DNA from: Squalus acanthias
Lineage: Eukaryota
NCBI GenBank assembly: GCA_030390025.1
Contig: CM059432.1
Coordinates: 112,284,001-112,348,000, forward strand
Length of the DNA: 64,000 nucleotides
Direction of reading: 5' to 3'
The notes below the pieces were generated by a model that was not told where the DNA came from, searched no databases, and worked only from the letters and a program-made list of their open reading frames with translations. This document shows, in pieces, positions 61,600 through 64,000 of the stretch (position 1 is its first letter; the number at the start of each line of letters is the position of its first letter). Made by a program: the position numbers and the translations under genes.

Positions 61600-64000
61600 C
61601 CATGGTGCCTTTCTTATAAGAAGTTTCATTAACTCTACTACTCCTATGAGGTGCCACCCTAATGGACTCAGCAAAGCTGGTGGAAGGCTGCTGTTGCTCA
61701 TATTGAGACTTTTGAGATGTTCTTGGCTGGCGATTCTAGGTGCTCAGGCCTGTGAGGGCCTCGCTTGCAGACTGCTGCACCTTAGCTGCTGCAGGGGCTG
61801 TCAGTCTCAGCTGACTTCCTGTTACTATGGTGCTTTTTGGTTGAGGGGATGGCAAAGGAGCTGACATCCTGAGAAATGCCAATGCGTACTGCTCCCATAG
61901 CGCCACAGTCACTCCCGTCAGGCTCACTTACACTGATCTGCGGGGGAACAGATTGCAGAAGGTGAGCGACTCCTTGAATATCAATCTGTCCAAGGTGGAC
62001 ACCAGTTTCTATCCAAGGTAGAGCCGAGAGCCTGCATGGCAGCCATTTGACCTTCTACCTCTAGGTCCTTCTCGGCAGCAAGGGAGACTGCAGCCGGGCC
62101 ATAACAAAGGGAGTCAGTGTCCCTAGAGGTGGCATAGGTAGAATGCAGAGTGCTAATGCCATGCGAGATGACACCGTGCAGGCGAAGCAGACTCCTTCAC
62201 ATTTTCAGCCATATTATTGAAACACCTTGACATGCCTCCCAATACGCCATAGAATGGCTTGCGTGAGGCAAACTGTTTTCTTTTCATGGGCCCCTGACGT
62301 CTTCAACTCTTCTTCTCAGCAGAACTTGGAGAAGACATCGTCCTCTGGCGAGCTCTCTCCTGTGCTGTCCCTGCCACCAGCACCTGCTGCTGCTCATTCA
62401 TGCTGGGTGTTTTAATATGTTTAGATCCCTCTGTCTCACTATTCAACCCATGTGGAATGCCAATGTCTGTGCTAGTGCTTGAGAAGGATGGAGTATGTGC
62501 ATCCTCAGAAGGATTGTCCACCATTAGGTAACTTCTTCAGGAGCCTCTTGCTGCTGAAAAGGACTTAGAGGAAAGAGAAGGGAGCAAGAGTTTTGATGGC
62601 ACTAAGAAACTGGACAATAGCAGGTGGAAGTCTTGAAGTGCTGAATATTTGCTGAGGTGAATGAAGGTTCATAAGTAATATGCAGATAATCTGCTCAAGT
62701 AAGCTGCCAGCTTCGCCTTCCCGATGCTCATGGCACTGCCTGGACCACTAATCTCCAGGGCTTCTTGCTCTGCTTAGGTGAGGGCTGTAATGTTGGTTAC
62801 TCTTCCCCCTCCCTGGCATAATGCACGGTCTTGTCCTGCAGTAAAAGAGGGCGAGAGTTTGTGAATGGCTGTTGAAAAGGTAATTGGAGATGTGTAGAGC
62901 TTGTGCTTATAGTACATGTGTTGAGAGGTGGAGAAGAAGCAAACTGGCATGAGGATGGGGAGGTGATGTATGTAAAGCCAAGTGCATGTAATGTGAAGTA
63001 AGGAAGCAGTGCTGGGAGGAGTTGCTGGTTGTGCAAGTGTAGATGTGAGAAGAGAATGGTGTTAGTGTAGTGTGTGGGTGTGAATAGACCAAAGGAAGAG
63101 TTGTGTTTGGAATAAGAAAGAGAGGTGTTGCAATTAGCCCTTGTGGTTGTATACTGAAGGATATGATGGAGGGGAGGGAATTGTTGCGAGTGGTGGGGGA
63201 GGGCTGAAAGGAGTATTGTCAGGTGTTGTTGAGAGAGATGGAGAGATGAAGAGCTCTACTCACTGTTGCAGCTCTTGTGAGGTCATTGAACCTCTTCTTA
63301 CAATAAAGCCAGGTCCTAGAATCATAGAAACTTACACCAGAGAGTGTTCCAGATCCCAACAACTCTCTGAGTGAAAGAAATTCTCCTAATTTCCACGCTA
63401 GACCTTTTGCCAATGATTTTGAATCTAATACCTCGAGTTATTGACCCACTTGCCAGAGGGAATAGTTTTTCTCTATCTACTCTGTCAAAACCTCTCATCA
63501 TCTTGAAAACCTCTATTAGGACACCTCTTAACCTTTTCTGTTCTAAGGAGAACAGTCCTAACTTTTCCAACCTCTTCTCATAACTTTATTCCCTCATCCA
63601 TGGTAACATCCTGGTAAACCTCCTCTGTATCCTTTCTAAGGCCTTTACATCTTTCCTGAAGTGTGGTGCCCAGAATTGTCCGCAATACTCCAGCTGAGGC
63701 CTAGCCAGTGATTTATAAAGTTCTAACATGATCTCTTGGCTTTTATATTCTATTTCTCTGTTTATAAAGCAAAGTAATCCATATGCTTTTTTAAACACCT
63801 TATCAACTTGCCCTGCCACTTTCAAGGATTTGTGTATATGGACACCAAGATCTCTGTGGCTCATCTACAATTTTCAAAATCGTGCCATTTATAGTATACT
63901 GTCTTTCCGTTTTAGTCCTCCCAAAGTGCATCCCCCAAAGTCCTGGGGATGATGCTGGTGGCACTGACCCTGTCAGCCACCTCTATCCAGGCTTTCTGGA
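61600..64000 (-). pseudogene. Decayed Harbinger H5 Myb gene, exon 1 split by a CR1
   Basis: QKAWIEVADRVSATSIIPRT (about 63938-64000) joins RTWLYCKKRFNDLTRAAT|GTGAGT (63264-63317). Exon 2 DKTVHY starts at 62835. Confidence 0.75.
63318..63930 (-). mobile_element. CR1 3' fragment
   Basis: ORFs 63586..63864 and 63322..63570. Confidence 0.9.

Larger units (their letters stand above)
44188..64000 (+). other. Intron 1 of the FOG gene (continues beyond the window)
   Basis: Starts at GTGAGT. No recognisable FOG exon 2 seen downstream. Confidence 0.7.

Overview
Vertebrate genomic DNA, most likely a cartilaginous fish (inferred from HE1-like V-SINEs and dense CR1 LINEs). Bases 1-43.1 kb are almost all nested transposable elements: CR1 LINEs, two-gene PIF/Harbinger DNA transposons (DDE transposase plus a convergent three-exon Myb/SANT gene), Harbinger-type MITEs and V-SINEs. 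One old CR1 fragment is spread over about 28 kb by insertions nested up to six levels deep. A GC-rich promoter at 43.6-44.1 kb leads into a 40-nt first coding exon (MSRRKQRNPRQIK) of a Friend-of-GATA gene, probably ZFPM1. The ORF track misses this exon. The rest of the window is its first intron. The TE-poor proximal part holds a second CpG island, a cluster of 12 WGATAA sites and two adjacent hairpins, one miRNA-like. Decayed Harbinger and LINE copies return after 56 kb. All TE genes are damaged. All calls and coordinates come from reading by eye; no database searches were run.
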